Shown one piece after another: positions 52,128 to 62,889 of a DNA stretch of 64,000 bases; within the stretch, counting starts at the first letter, position 1; the number at the start of each line of letters is the position of its first letter. The position numbers and the translations under genes were made by a program. The stretch lies in assembly GCA_963772835.1 (NCBI GenBank), contig CAVYYZ010000024.1:64001-128000 (forward strand). The letters are read 5' to 3'. The notes beneath the pieces were generated by a model that searched no databases, was not told the origin of the DNA, and saw only the letters and a list, made by a program, of their open reading frames with translations. This stretch comes from an uncultured delta proteobacterium (GTDB lineage: Bacteria; Desulfobacterota; Desulfuromonadia; Geobacterales; Pseudopelobacteraceae).

Positions 52128-53522
52128 CTATTCCCCTTTTGTATGCTGCATAAGGTTCTTCAGTTCTGTCGCCACATTTTCCATGTTCATCCCGCGCGAC
52201 CCCTTGATAAGAATGACATCCCCTTCTGTTGCGGAATTGTGCAGTCGTCCGGCAATTTCCGAGTGGCTGGTGCAGCAGATGACGGCTCCTTCCGGCATAT
52301 CGGCCAGCAGGGCCCCTTCTGCAGCATATTTTACCATCCGTTCGCCTATCAGATAGAGGCGGTCGATATTCCTGCCGGCAACGGCCCCGACTCCCAGATG
52401 TGCTTCTGCCTCATGTTCTCCCAGTTCGAGCATGTCTCCAAGCACCGCAATACGGTGCCCGGCGGTTGATATTTGATTCAGGGTTTCCAGGGCCGCCTTT
52501 GTTGAAGCGGGGTTAGCGTTGTAGCAGTCGTCTATGAGCGTGATGCCGCCGAATCGTTCGATCTGGAAGCGCCCCTTGTACGGGGTGAAAAGTTCAAGCC
52601 CTGCGGCAATGGTCTGCAGATCAACCTTCTCCAAAAGAGCCGCGGTCGCGGCGAGAGCATTATAGATGTTATGGCGGCCACACGCTTTTAGAAAAACCGG
52701 AATTTCACCGTGCGGGGTGTGGAGCAGAAACTTCTGTCCCTCCAACCCCAATATCTCGATTTCCCGGGCGCGCACTTCGCCCCGATCGATACCGAAACTG
52801 ATCCGGCGGGCCGATGCGTTTTGTGATAGAGATGCAACACGAGGGTCGTCCGCATTAATAACCGCCAGACCGCCGTCGCTGATGCGGTACAGTAATTCGC
52901 CCTTGGCTGCTGCCACCGCTTCGACCGTTCCCATGGTCTGCAGATGCGCCGGCAGGGCATTCAGTACGATTCCGACACGAGGTGCTGCAATTGATGCGAG
53001 GCGGTCGATCTCGCCCGGTTCGCTCATCCCCATTTCCAGCACTGCCCAGCAATGCTCGGGCCGGAGTTGGAACAGCATCTGCGGCAGGCCGATCAGGTTA
53101 TTGAGATTACCGGATGTTTTGAGCCCCGGTCCGGTCAGATCGAGGATCGATCCCAGCATCTCCTTGACCGTTGTTTTGCCGTTGCTGCCGGTAACACCAA
53201 TGATCGGAATTTCGAAGCGTTTCCGCCACTCTGCCGCCAGATCACCCAGCGCGCGCAGGCTGTTTTTAACAACTATGCAGGTAATGGAATCGGGGATTGT
53301 ATGTCCCTTCAGCCATTGTTCGTCAGCGATGGCAAAGGATATTCCTTTGGCGGCGACATCGGTGATAAACTCGTGGCCATTAAAACGATCCCCGCGCAGC
53401 GCCACGAACAACTCTCCGGGAGCAACGGTGCGCGAATCCGTTGAAACTGCATTCACCTCTCCGGTCGCACTGCCGACGATACGCCCCCCGGTAGCGAGGG
53501 CTATTTCGCTGATTGTAAACAT
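52128..53522 (-). CDS. murF: UDP-MurNAc-tripeptide--D-Ala-D-Ala ligase
   Basis: TGSNGKTTVKE, NLNNLIG, EMGM, DCYNANP, GDMLELG, KGSRG. Confidence 0.96.
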   Translation of the reverse strand: MFTISEIALATGGRIVGSATGEVNAVSTDSRTVAPGELFVALRGDRFNGHEFITDVAAKGISFAIADEQWLKGHTIPDSITCIVVKNSLRALGDLAAEWRKRFEIPIIGVTGSNGKTTVKEMLGSILDLTGPGLKTSGNLNNLIGLPQMLFQLRPEHCWAVLEMGMSEPGEIDRLASIAAPRVGIVLNALPAHLQTMGTVEAVAAAKGELLYRISDGGLAVINADDPRVASLSQNASARRISFGIDRGEVRAREIEILGLEGQKFLLHTPHGEIPVFLKACGRHNIYNALAATAALLEKVDLQTIAAGLELFTPYKGRFQIERFGGITLIDDCYNANPASTKAALETLNQISTAGHRIAVLGDMLELGEHEAEAHLGVGAVAGRNIDRLYLIGERMVKYAAEGALLADMPEGAVICCTSHSEIAGRLHNSATEGDVILIKGSRGMNMENVATELKNLMQHTKGE

Positions 53523-55045
53523 CACGCGGTTTTCTCCGTAAAGGCATTTGCTGCTTCTTCCCGGTCATCGAAATGGTGTTTAACGGTGCCGGTAATCTGA
53601 TAATCCTCATGCCCTTTGCCGGCCAACAGGACAATGTCACCGGTGCGTGCCAGATTGATCGCCAGCCGTATCGCCTCACGCCGGTTTTCCAATAACGTAA
53701 TGCCCTTTTCCGCAAATCCGCTATTCAGTTCGTCTGTCCGGTACTCACGGAGACCCAGCGGAGTAATGCCGGCCTTGATCTGCTGCAGGATGATTGACGG
53801 CTCCTCGGTGCGGGGGTTGTCTGAAGTGACGATCGCCAGATCGCTCATTGTCGCGGCGATTCTCCCCATGATCGGACGTTTGCCGTTGTCACGGTCTCCG
53901 CCGCATCCGAAAACGGTGATGATTCTTCCGACGGCGATCTCCTTCAGTGTGGTCAGGACGTTCTCCAGAGCGTCCCCCGTGTGGGCATAATCGACCAGAC
54001 AGGTCACACCGGAAGTGTTTTCCACACGTTCCATACGCCCCGGGACGGTGATATGGTTTTCAATGCCGAACTTTATTGCCTGAAGCGGAACTTCAAGGGC
54101 AACGCCGGCTGTAACGGCTGCCAGTATGTTGGACAGGTTGAAGCGGCCCAGTAGTTTCGAAGCGAATTCAAACGTCCCTGCAGGTGTAATCATGGTAGCG
54201 CAAATGCCGTTGACTGTGGAGGTCACGTCTCTCGGACGTACGTCATTACGCCCCTCTATCCCGAAGGAAATTACCGGGCAGGCACAGCGCCGGGCAATTT
54301 CTTCGCCATAAGGATCATCCATGTTTACGGCCGCCCGGCGGCGCGGTTTTTCAGGAGACGGTCTGAGCAGAGTACTGAAAAGCCGGCTTTTTGCATCCAG
54401 ATAGCGTTCCATCGTTACATGGTAATCCAGGTGATCACGAGTCAGATTGCTGAAAATACCGACGTCAAAATGACAGCCATCGACCCGCTTCTGCTCCAGA
54501 GCATGTGATGAGACCTCCATCACATACGCCTCTGCTCCCGCTTCTGCAAGCTGCCTGAAGGCACTTTGAAGTTCAGTTGATTCCGGTGTTGTGTGAGACG
54601 CTCCGATGATTGTGGCGCCAAAGCGGTAACTGATCGTACCGAGTACCGCCGTCTGATGTCCGGCCGCCGATAGAATCGCTTCTATCAGATACGTGGTTGT
54701 TGTCTTGCCGTTGGTGCCGGTGATGCCGATAAGCGGTCGTGTCGCAGTTGGATTCCCGTTGAAGAGAGCAGAAATATACCCCATTGCAGCACGCCCATCC
54801 GGCACCAATACCCAGGGTATTCCGTCCGGAGCGGATGCAGAGTCTTCGAGAACCACGGCAGACGCTCCTGCCGCTACGGCCGGTCCAATATAGCGATGCC
54901 CATCAGCCTGTGCACCGCGCAGTGCAAAAAAGAGAGCACCAGGTTTGACGGAGCGCGAGTCACAGGTCAGAGAGTCGATCGGAACAGTAATGTCCCCGTG
55001 TGCTTCAGTATCGGGCAGCTTTTCGAGCAGTTCACGCAGTGTCAT
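53522..55045 (-). CDS. murE: UDP-MurNAc-dipeptide--meso-DAP ligase
   Basis: [36 protein letters not shown]. Confidence 0.97.
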   Translation of the reverse strand: MTLRELLEKLPDTEAHGDITVPIDSLTCDSRSVKPGALFFALRGAQADGHRYIGPAVAAGASAVVLEDSASAPDGIPWVLVPDGRAAMGYISALFNGNPTATRPLIGITGTNGKTTTTYLIEAILSAAGHQTAVLGTISYRFGATIIGASHTTPESTELQSAFRQLAEAGAEAYVMEVSSHALEQKRVDGCHFDVGIFSNLTRDHLDYHVTMERYLDAKSRLFSTLLRPSPEKPRRRAAVNMDDPYGEEIARRCACPVISFGIEGRNDVRPRDVTSTVNGICATMITPAGTFEFASKLLGRFNLSNILAAVTAGVALEVPLQAIKFGIENHITVPGRMERVENTSGVTCLVDYAHTGDALENVLTTLKEIAVGRIITVFGCGGDRDNGKRPIMGRIAATMSDLAIVTSDNPRTEEPSIILQQIKAGITPLGLREYRTDELNSGFAEKGITLLENRREAIRLAINLARTGDIVLLAGKGHEDYQITGTVKHHFDDREEAANAFTEKTA

Positions 55046-55066
55046 GCGCTCTCCTGTAAACACGGT

Positions 55067-55091
55067 AAAACCTGCCGGTTATCCGGCAGGT
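55067..55091 (-). terminator. Terminator-like hairpin between ftsI and murE
   Basis: ACCTGCCGG-ATAA-CCGGCAGG followed by T4 on the minus strand. Confidence 0.5.
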
Positions 55092-55102
55092 GAAGTTTGC
55101 AA

Positions 55103-57070
55103 TTAAGCTGAAGGGCTGAACTTTATCCAGACTTCGCCTTCTCCCCGGATCTTATGCCCGGGTGGGGGGCTTTGCTCGGCCGCCCGCCCGCTTCCCAGCA
55201 ACCTGATGTTGATGCCGCGTTTCTCCATCACCAACAGGACCCGGCGCATACTCATCCCACGGAAATTCGGCATAATCTCACCTTCGGCTGCGGTGTCCTG
55301 AAATTCCCCGTCTGATAACGATACAGCTGCCGGAGCGACGGTAGGTTTTGTCTCAGTATGTTTGGCTGATAAAGTTGTCGGCATATTCGGCTGTATCTTT
55401 AGATATGCCAGTGAACTCTGCGCGATTCCGCGAAATGCGGGAGCGGCGACAACACCGCCGTATTTTACACCTTGCGGCTCATCAATAATAACGGCTATCG
55501 TCAATTTAGGGTTGTCTGCCGGTACAAAGCCTACAAAAGAGCCGATCCGCTTTGTTGGAGAGTATGTCCGCGTGATCGGATCCACCTTCTGCGCTGTTCC
55601 TGTTTTTCCTGCGACACGGTAGCCGTCGAGCGCTGCTTTCGTGCCGGTACCGCCCTCGCCGGTGACCGTTTCCATCATTTTTGTCACTGTTTGTGAGGTT
55701 TCGGGGGTGATGACCCGCCGCACAATCTGCGGTTCAAATCTCTGTACTGTCGTCCCGCTTTCGTCGAGAATCTGTTCCACCAGGTACGGCCTCATCAGGT
55801 TGCCGCCGTTGGCAATGGCTGAGAGCGCTGAAGTCAGTTGGATGGCGGAAAGTGATACGCCCTGCCCAAAGGAGATCGTTGCAAGGTCGATCCCGTACCA
55901 GTGTTTTTTCAGGCTCCCGTATGCCTCACCCGGCAGGTCAATACCGGTGCGTCCACCAAAACCGAAGTTACGAAGATAGGCTGATAACTTTTCCTCTCCC
56001 ATTTTGAAGCCGATTTTCGCCGATCCGATGTTGCTGGAATATTTAATAATTTCAGAAACGGTCAGTCGTGATTGAGGATGATCGTCATGTATGGTCCGGT
56101 CTGCAATATGATAGGTGCCGTTTTCACAGTTATACACATCGGTCGCCTTGACGGTCCCTGAATCAACGGCTGAGGCGATGGTGAAAACCTTAAAAGTCGA
56201 ACCTGGCTCAAAACTGTCTGCAACAACATGATTGCGCAGTTGTGCAGCCGAATAGTGAGAAATGGCATTCGGGTTGAACGTCGGGTAGTTTGCCATGGCC
56301 AGAATTTTGCCGGTATCCGATTCCATAACCAGCGCCATTCCGCTCTTGGCGTTGCTCCCGATTACGGCCTTGGCCAGCTCTTTTTCGGCTATAAACTGAA
56401 TGGTCTTGTCGAGGGTCAGGACAACGCTTTTGCCGGGAGAAGAGTCCTTAATGACCGTATTCATTATACCGATATTTCTGCCAAGAGCATCTCTCTCGGT
56501 TATCATATAGCCGGTATTGCCCAGAATGGTATTGTCGTATTTGAGCTCGATCCCATCCAGGCCGTCAGGGTCGCGTCCTGTGAAACCTATGACATGTGCT
56601 GCGATCTCCATATTGGGGTAGAACCGCTTTGATTCTGCCACAAACCCGATCCCGGGCAGTTTCATGTTCCTGATCCGGGTCGCGATATCGGGCGCGAGAC
56701 AACGCTCAAGCCAGATGAAAGATTTTTTTACCGAAAGCCGCGTGACCAGTTCTGCTTTCGGAATGCCGAGAATCGGGGCCAGCACTCCGGCGGTTCCATC
56801 AACATCCTTGATGTTGCGGGGTTCGGCATAGCAGGAATCCATATGAATCGATTCAGCCAGCGTCGTGCCGTTACGATCAAGGATACTCCCGCGTGCCGGG
56901 GTGAGGTCAACTTTATGTTGATGCTGTTTATCAGCTTTTTTAATGAGGGTTTCGTGCTGGAGTATTTGCAGGTAGAACGCGCGTCCGACCACGGTCAGGA
57001 ACAGCAGGCCGAAAACAGTGCCGATCATGATAATCCGGATGCGTGCCCATTTTTCCCGTTCGTCTTTCAT
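55103..57070 (-). CDS. ftsI: Class B PBP FtsI/PBP3 with C-terminal PASTA domain
   Basis: RGSILDRNG, EPGSTFK (SxxK), SSN, KTGTAQ. Confidence 0.96.
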   Translation of the reverse strand: MKDEREKWARIRIIMIGTVFGLLFLTVVGRAFYLQILQHETLIKKADKQHQHKVDLTPARGSILDRNGTTLAESIHMDSCYAEPRNIKDVDGTAGVLAPILGIPKAELVTRLSVKKSFIWLERCLAPDIATRIRNMKLPGIGFVAESKRFYPNMEIAAHVIGFTGRDPDGLDGIELKYDNTILGNTGYMITERDALGRNIGIMNTVIKDSSPGKSVVLTLDKTIQFIAEKELAKAVIGSNAKSGMALVMESDTGKILAMANYPTFNPNAISHYSAAQLRNHVVADSFEPGSTFKVFTIASAVDSGTVKATDVYNCENGTYHIADRTIHDDHPQSRLTVSEIIKYSSNIGSAKIGFKMGEEKLSAYLRNFGFGGRTGIDLPGEAYGSLKKHWYGIDLATISFGQGVSLSAIQLTSALSAIANGGNLMRPYLVEQILDESGTTVQRFEPQIVRRVITPETSQTVTKMMETVTGEGGTGTKAALDGYRVAGKTGTAQKVDPITRTYSPTKRIGSFVGFVPADNPKLTIAVIIDEPQGVKYGGVVAAPAFRGIAQSSLAYLKIQPNMPTTLSAKHTETKPTVAPAAVSLSDGEFQDTAAEGEIMPNFRGMSMRRVLLVMEKRGINIRLLGSGRAAEQSPPPGHKIRGEGEVWIKFSPSA

Positions 57071-57408
57071 TTGACGTGAATGACCTGATGCTCGGTCGGC
57101 AGGGCCATCCCCAGTTCGTTCTTGGCAATGGTTTCAATGCGGCCCGGTGCCATCAGCGAGGCGGCCTCGAGTCGTAGCCGCTTCTGTTCCTGTCCTGCTT
57201 CGCTCAACTGGCGGCTGATCTCTGACATCTGCAGGTTAAGGTCAACCAGTTTGAAGCGTGACCAGACGTGGAACACGGAGACTATTGTAAAAATGACCAT
57301 GCAGACCATAAGATATTTAAACAGATCAATCCGATGCGGTGTAACTTCCAGACCGCCAAGGGCGCGCGGTGCGGCAACTTTAGTATAATCTGTCCGTGCT
57401 TGTGCCAT
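57067..57408 (-). CDS. ftsL: Cell division protein FtsL
   Basis: TM plus coiled coil, RIETIAKNELGM; between rsmH and ftsI. Confidence 0.88.
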   Translation of the reverse strand: MAQARTDYTKVAAPRALGGLEVTPHRIDLFKYLMVCMVIFTIVSVFHVWSRFKLVDLNLQMSEISRQLSEAGQEQKRLRLEAASLMAPGRIETIAKNELGMALPTEHQVIHVK

Positions 57409-57427
57409 AATGTTTACCTCGAGTGAG

Positions 57428-58363
57428 TTACAACTTTTCTACTGCCCGCAGTTTGGCGCTGCGCGCCCGCGGATTGTTATCTGTTTCCATCTGCGTCGCC
57501 GTCACCGGACGCCCGGTCAGGATTTTCACTCTCGGCAGTTTGCCGCAGACACAGATCGGCAACTGTCGTGGGCAGGTGCACCCTTCTGCATATTCCCGAA
57601 AGATGTGCTTGACTATCCTGTCCTCCAGAGAATGAAATGAAATAATTACTCCGCGACCGCCCGGTTTCAGCAGGTCAAGAGCCGCACGCATTCCCTGCTC
57701 AAGGCTGCTCAATTCACTGTTAACTGCAATCCGAAGCGCCTGAAAGGTGCGGGTTGCCGGGTGGATCCGCTCATCCCACTTGGCCTTGGGGACCGCCCCT
57801 TTGATGATATCCACAAGCCGGAAAGTCGTTGCTATACGCGACTCTGTACGCTCCCTGACGATGAAGGCGGCGATTCTTTTTGCCCAGCGCTCCTCGCCAT
57901 ATTCAAGAATAATTCTCTCCAGCTCCGCTTCCGGCAGACCATTAACCAGATCCGCTGCGGTTTCGCCGCTGCTGGTGTCCATCCGCATATCCAGAGGAGC
58001 CTCTTGCTGAAAGCTGAAACCGCGTTCTCTCGTATCCAGCTGATGCGATGAAACACCAAGATCAAGGATGAAACCATCGAGCTCCGTTATGCCAAGAGTG
58101 TTCAGATGTCCGGCAACATTGGCAAAGTCACCATGCAGCAGTCGGACGTTGTCACCATGCACCGCGAGCCGCGTACCTGCTGCAGACAATGCCGACTGAT
58201 CGCGGTCGATGCCGATCAAAAGTGCTCCAGGCGCTTTTTCAAGGATCAAAGCGGCATGTCCGCCTCCGCCTAACGTGCCGTCAAGATAGGTTTTGCCGCC
58301 TGCCGGTTCCAGAAAGCGGATGACTTCTTCCGGTAGAACCGAGAGATGATGGAACCCCGCCAC
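57428..58363 (-). CDS. rsmH: 16S rRNA m4C1402 methyltransferase
   Basis: [39 protein letters not shown]. Confidence 0.97.
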   Translation of the reverse strand: MAGFHHLSVLPEEVIRFLEPAGGKTYLDGTLGGGGHAALILEKAPGALLIGIDRDQSALSAAGTRLAVHGDNVRLLHGDFANVAGHLNTLGITELDGFILDLGVSSHQLDTRERGFSFQQEAPLDMRMDTSSGETAADLVNGLPEAELERIILEYGEERWAKRIAAFIVRERTESRIATTFRLVDIIKGAVPKAKWDERIHPATRTFQALRIAVNSELSSLEQGMRAALDLLKPGGRGVIISFHSLEDRIVKHIFREYAEGCTCPRQLPICVCGKLPRVKILTGRPVTATQMETDNNPRARSAKLRAVEKL

Positions 58364-58839
58364 TAGAGACCAAGCTCTGCGGCCGCTTCAGTCCCGCTCG
58401 GGAAGTTTTTCACATCCTGGGCGCGGACCTTATCCCATTCGCTCATGCTCCATATTTCAATTTTGTCCATCGTGCCGACGAACTGGATTTCCCGATCGAG
58501 GGCCGCGGTTTTACGGAACGTCGGTGGGATGAGAAAGCGTCCCAGCTTGTCCGCAGAACACTCCTGAGCTGGTGAAATAATCGTGCGCAGGATGCTCTTG
58601 CGTTGTTCCGAAGTGAATCCTTTGCTGACACGAAAATTTTCCTCAAAGATGAACCATTCTTTATAGGGAAAAATCAGCAGGCCGGAACTGTGCAGTCCGT
58701 TTCCCAGATCGACCGGGACCGAATTGGTCAGGAAAAAGCGCTCGTCACCATGCGTATCAACGAGGGTCTCCCTGAATCTGGCCGGCAGACTGGTGCGCCC
58801 CTTGGCGTCTATGGTTGTCTCGAAAATTCCTCTGAACAT
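58363..58839 (-). CDS. mraZ: Transcriptional regulator MraZ
   Basis: MFRG start, DAKGR and DKLGR motifs, KIEIW. Confidence 0.93.
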   Translation of the reverse strand: MFRGIFETTIDAKGRTSLPARFRETLVDTHGDERFFLTNSVPVDLGNGLHSSGLLIFPYKEWFIFEENFRVSKGFTSEQRKSILRTIISPAQECSADKLGRFLIPPTFRKTAALDREIQFVGTMDKIEIWSMSEWDKVRAQDVKNFPSGTEAAAELGL

Positions 58840-58860
58840 GGTCATCTCATTGGCATTATT

Positions 58861-58925
58861 TTCCACAATGTTCCACTTTTTTCCACAGTATGGGAACTTA
58901 TACCGGTGGTCAAGGGGCATGTCAA
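58861..58925 (-). promoter_or_regulatory. dcw promoter and probable MraZ operator
   Basis: TTGACA-17-TATAAG (58897-58925) followed by three GTGGAA direct repeats at 10-bp spacing (58861-58886). Confidence 0.8.
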
Positions 58926-59030
58926 TATAAAATATGAATTTTGTAGGGGAAAATTGTACATGCGGTGTGGGTGAATTCTGGTATATTGAAGGGTGAAAAT
59001 ATCAAATCTGCTACAACTTCAGGAGAACCG

Positions 59031-60203
59031 ATGAGTATGATGGTGTCACCGCTTATTTCCAGCGTTCACTTTCCCCCGATTTCCGAGGTAAAGTCCTGGC
59101 TGGCCGGGCGGCCGAACGATGGCCAGCAACTGATCGATCTCTGCCAGGCGGTGCCTGATTACGTTCCCGCTCTGGAATTGACGGAGCACCTTGCCCTGTT
59201 GCTGAGCGACCCCCAGCTCTCTAAATATTCGTCCGATGAGGGACTGCCGGAGGTGCGTGAGGCGATCTGCAGCTATTACGGCAGAAAATACGGTGCGACG
59301 CTGTCACCGGAAAATTTATGCCTGACAATTGGCGCCAGCCAGGCGTTCTGGCTGGCGATAGTTACCCTCTGCTGTGCTGGTGACGAGATTATTGTGCAGG
59401 CCCCCTATTACTTTGACCATCCCATGGCCCTTGATATCCTCGGTATTCGAGGGGTTTATGCTCCTTTTGTCGAGGCTGAGGGTGGGATTCCCAATCCGGC
59501 GACCATTGAAAGCATGATCACTCTCCGGACCAGGGCAATTCTTGTTGTCTCCCCCAGTAATCCGACGGGTGCCATTACACCTCCGGAGGTGATTCGTGAG
59601 CTGTTTGATATCGCCCGGCGCAACAATATCGCCCTGATTCTGGATGAAACCTATAACGAATTCATCCCTGGCGGTCTCTGCCCGCACGACCTGTTCAGCG
59701 ACCCGGCCTGGGGGGACCATTTTGTGCACATCGCCTCCTTCGGCAAGACCTATGCCCTGACCGGCTTCCGTGCAGGAATGCTCACTGCTTCAAAAGCGTT
59801 CATCCATCACGCACTCAAGGCGCAGGACACTATGGCGGTCTGCCAGCCGCGCATAACGCAGCACGCGATCAGGTACGGTGTTGAGCATCTCGACCTGTGG
59901 GTTGCAGCAAACCGGGAAATGATGAGTCGTCGGCACGACCTGTTTCGCTCCGAATTTATGAAGCCGGGCAACCGGTTCCGGCTGACGGCAAGCGGCGCCT
60001 TCTTCGCCTGGGTACGTCATCCGTTCAACGGTTGCAGCGGCCGGCAGGTAGCGAAACGACTGGTGGATGAAGCCGCCGTCCTCTGTCTGCCGGGCGAAGT
60101 GTTCGGTCCCGGTTTGGAGAGGTACCTGAGGCTGGCGTTCGGAAACATCCGTGAAGAAGACATTCCCGAGGCGGTCCGGCGGTTCCGGGAGATGAAGGAG
60201 TGA
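59031..60203 (+). CDS. Class I/II PLP-dependent aminotransferase
   Basis: PSNPTG, LDETY, SFGKTYALTGFRAG, YLRLAF. Confidence 0.9.
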   Translation: MSMMVSPLISSVHFPPISEVKSWLAGRPNDGQQLIDLCQAVPDYVPALELTEHLALLLSDPQLSKYSSDEGLPEVREAICSYYGRKYGATLSPENLCLTIGASQAFWLAIVTLCCAGDEIIVQAPYYFDHPMALDILGIRGVYAPFVEAEGGIPNPATIESMITLRTRAILVVSPSNPTGAITPPEVIRELFDIARRNNIALILDETYNEFIPGGLCPHDLFSDPAWGDHFVHIASFGKTYALTGFRAGMLTASKAFIHHALKAQDTMAVCQPRITQHAIRYGVEHLDLWVAANREMMSRRHDLFRSEFMKPGNRFRLTASGAFFAWVRHPFNGCSGRQVAKRLVDEAAVLCLPGEVFGPGLERYLRLAFGNIREEDIPEAVRRFREMKE

Positions 60204-60338
60204 TCAGAAAATCGATGGAGAGTTTATTGCGAATTGCCAACTATCGTAAAAAAGTGTACGGTTCTTGACCAAAAACAGTGGAAAACTATACACACTACCT
60301 GCACGTGGACACCCGCTGCAGCAGAAAAGGAATCAGAA

Positions 60339-62843
60339 ATGGTAAGAAAGAAACGTAAAACAATCAGCTCGCCCGGTTTGACTGAGCTGCCCCCGCTCCC
60401 TCTGGACGCTTCCGGCCTGGTCCATGATTATCGGCGCTATTTCACGTACAGTCTCGGTCAGAATAAATACAGCCATTCAGTCAATTATTTTTACAAAGCT
60501 CTCGCGCTGACTGTTCGGGACCGCTTGATGGAACGCTGGAAGAAGACCCGCTATACCTACATTGAGTCTCACTGCAAACGGGGGTATTACCTCTCTCTGG
60601 AATTTCTGATGGGGAGGACACTCGGTAATGCCATGCTGAATCTCGGCATTACAGATACCGCTACGCAGGCAATGCATCAACTTGGCATCAATCTGGAGGA
60701 CCTTGCCGAAGCAGAGAATGATGCCGGACTGGGCAACGGCGGCCTCGGGCGATTGGCGGCATGCTTCCTGGACAGCTGTGCCACCCTGCAGCTTCCGGTC
60801 ATGGGGTACGGCATCCGATATGAATACGGCATGTTCCGCCAGCGTATTGTGGATGGCTACCAGATGGAAGAGCCGGACCACTGGCTGCGGGACGGTAACC
60901 CGTGGGAACAGGAACGCCCCGAGTTTGTCCAGAACGTCCGCTTCGGAGGGCGCAGTGAACATTACCGCACCGAGGCCGGAGAACCGCGTGTCCGCTGGGT
61001 CGACAGTCGGGATGTGCTGGCGGTCCCTTACGATATTCCGATCCCCGGGTATCGTAACGGCACGGTCAATACGCTTCGGCTCTGGAAAGCAGCCGCCACT
61101 GATGCGTTCGACCTGGGTGAGTTCAACGCCGGTGACTATGCCGAATCGGTGGCCACCAAGAATGAAGCCGAAAATATTACGATGGTGCTGTACCCGAACG
61201 ATGCAAGTGAAAACGGCAAGGTGCTCCGCCTCCGCCAGCAATATTTCCTCGCTTCGGCCAGCCTCCAGGATGTCGTCGACCGCTGGGATATGGTGCGCAA
61301 AGGCGACTTCACGGATTTTGCTTCGAACAACTGTTTCCAGTTGAATGACACCCACCCAAGCTGCGCCGTTCCTGAGCTGATGCGCATTCTGATGGATGAC
61401 CAGGGCATGGACTGGGATCAGGCATGGGGGGTCACCAGCCGTACGATGGCGTACACCAACCATACCCTCCTTCCGGAAGCGCTCGAAAAATGGCCGTTAC
61501 CGCTCTTCGGGCAGCTTCTGCCGCGGATTCTGGAGATTGTTCTGGAGATCAATGCCCGTTTCATGATGGAAGTGTCCAGTCACTGGCCCGGTGATAATGA
61601 GCGCATGAGACGCATGTCGATTATTGAAGAGGGTGCAGTTCCCCATGTACGGATGGCGTATCTTGCCATAGTGGGGAGTTTTTCCGTAAACGGTGTTGCC
61701 GCTCTGCACTCGCAGCTGCTGGTTCAGGGGCTGTTTCGGGATTTTTATGAACTCTGGCCATTCAAATTTAACAATAAAACCAACGGAGTGACGCCACGTC
61801 GGTGGATAGCCCACTGTAATCCAGGCTTGAGCGAGCTGGTAACCGGGAAAATCGGCGATGCCTGGGTAGCAGATCTGCAGCAGATTAACACGATTGCAGA
61901 ACATGCCGATGACCCTGAATTCAGGCTGTCCTGGCATGACGTGAAACAGGCCAACAAGGAGCGGCTCTCTGCTCTTGTTCAGGCCAAATGCAACGTCACA
62001 TTCAACCCTGAAGGGCTGTTTGATGTCCAGGTCAAGCGAATTCATGAGTATAAGCGCCAGCTTCTCAATATACTGCATGTAATCCATCTCTATGACCGGA
62101 TCAAGCGCGGCGACACAGCGGGCTGGACCAATCGCTGTGTGCTGATCGGCGGGAAAGCGGCACCCGGCTATGCAATGGCAAAACTTATCATCAAGCTGAT
62201 CAATAACGTTGCCGGAGTGATCAATGCCGATCCGGCCGTCGGCGATAAGCTTAAAGTAGCGTTTCTGCCCAACTACAGTGTGACCGCCATGGAAGTTATC
62301 TGCCCCGGCACCGATCTTTCGGAGCAGTTGTCGACAGCCGGCAAGGAGGCGTCAGGTACCGGGAACATGAAGTTCATGATGAATGGCGCCTTAACTATCG
62401 GTACCTTGGATGGAGCCAATATCGAAATCCGTGAAGAGGTCGGTGAAGGCAATTTCTTCATGTTTGGCCTGACGAGCGAAGAGGTGGATGAACTGCGCTG
62501 GAACTATGATCCGCACGGGATCATCAGCCGCGACGATGACTTGCAGCGGGTCATGAATCTTCTCCGCTGCGGTCACTTCAGTCTGTTTGAGGCGGCTCTT
62601 TTTGAACCGATTATCAACGCAATCTGCTCCTCCACCGACCCATGGATGGTCGCAGCAGATTTCCGCAGCTTTGTCGATGCCCAGCAGCTGGTGGCAACAG
62701 CGTATCAGGATCGCGAGCGTTGGACCCGTATGAGCATTATCAACACCGCCTGCAGCGGAAAATTTTCCACTGACCGGACGATCAGCAACTATAATGAGGA
62801 TATCTGGCATCTGAAGACGATGCCGATCGAAGCTGCGGAATAA
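60339..62843 (+). CDS. glgP: Glycogen phosphorylase
   Basis: GLGNGGLGRLAACF, QLNDTHP, QVKRIHEYKRQ, KEASGTGNMKFM. Confidence 0.97.
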   Translation: MVRKKRKTISSPGLTELPPLPLDASGLVHDYRRYFTYSLGQNKYSHSVNYFYKALALTVRDRLMERWKKTRYTYIESHCKRGYYLSLEFLMGRTLGNAMLNLGITDTATQAMHQLGINLEDLAEAENDAGLGNGGLGRLAACFLDSCATLQLPVMGYGIRYEYGMFRQRIVDGYQMEEPDHWLRDGNPWEQERPEFVQNVRFGGRSEHYRTEAGEPRVRWVDSRDVLAVPYDIPIPGYRNGTVNTLRLWKAAATDAFDLGEFNAGDYAESVATKNEAENITMVLYPNDASENGKVLRLRQQYFLASASLQDVVDRWDMVRKGDFTDFASNNCFQLNDTHPSCAVPELMRILMDDQGMDWDQAWGVTSRTMAYTNHTLLPEALEKWPLPLFGQLLPRILEIVLEINARFMMEVSSHWPGDNERMRRMSIIEEGAVPHVRMAYLAIVGSFSVNGVAALHSQLLVQGLFRDFYELWPFKFNNKTNGVTPRRWIAHCNPGLSELVTGKIGDAWVADLQQINTIAEHADDPEFRLSWHDVKQANKERLSALVQAKCNVTFNPEGLFDVQVKRIHEYKRQLLNILHVIHLYDRIKRGDTAGWTNRCVLIGGKAAPGYAMAKLIIKLINNVAGVINADPAVGDKLKVAFLPNYSVTAMEVICPGTDLSEQLSTAGKEASGTGNMKFMMNGALTIGTLDGANIEIREEVGEGNFFMFGLTSEEVDELRWNYDPHGIISRDDDLQRVMNLLRCGHFSLFEAALFEPIINAICSSTDPWMVAADFRSFVDAQQLVATAYQDRERWTRMSIINTACSGKFSTDRTISNYNEDIWHLKTMPIEAAE

Positions 62844-62889
62844 TCCGAATGTGACTGAACATGCGGAAGGACCAAGGTCCCGGGTGACC

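Noticed and set aside
58840..58920. N-terminal extension of MraZ, and similar extensions for the helicase, dusB, Hsp20, rsgA, murB, ftsW and glgP
   Set aside because: The extensions run through promoter, operator or neighbouring-gene sequence; downstream starts match family N-termini
59031..60203. Aminotransferase as the missing OvoB lyase
   Set aside because: It is 40 kb from ovoA and shows only generic class I/II aminotransferase motifs
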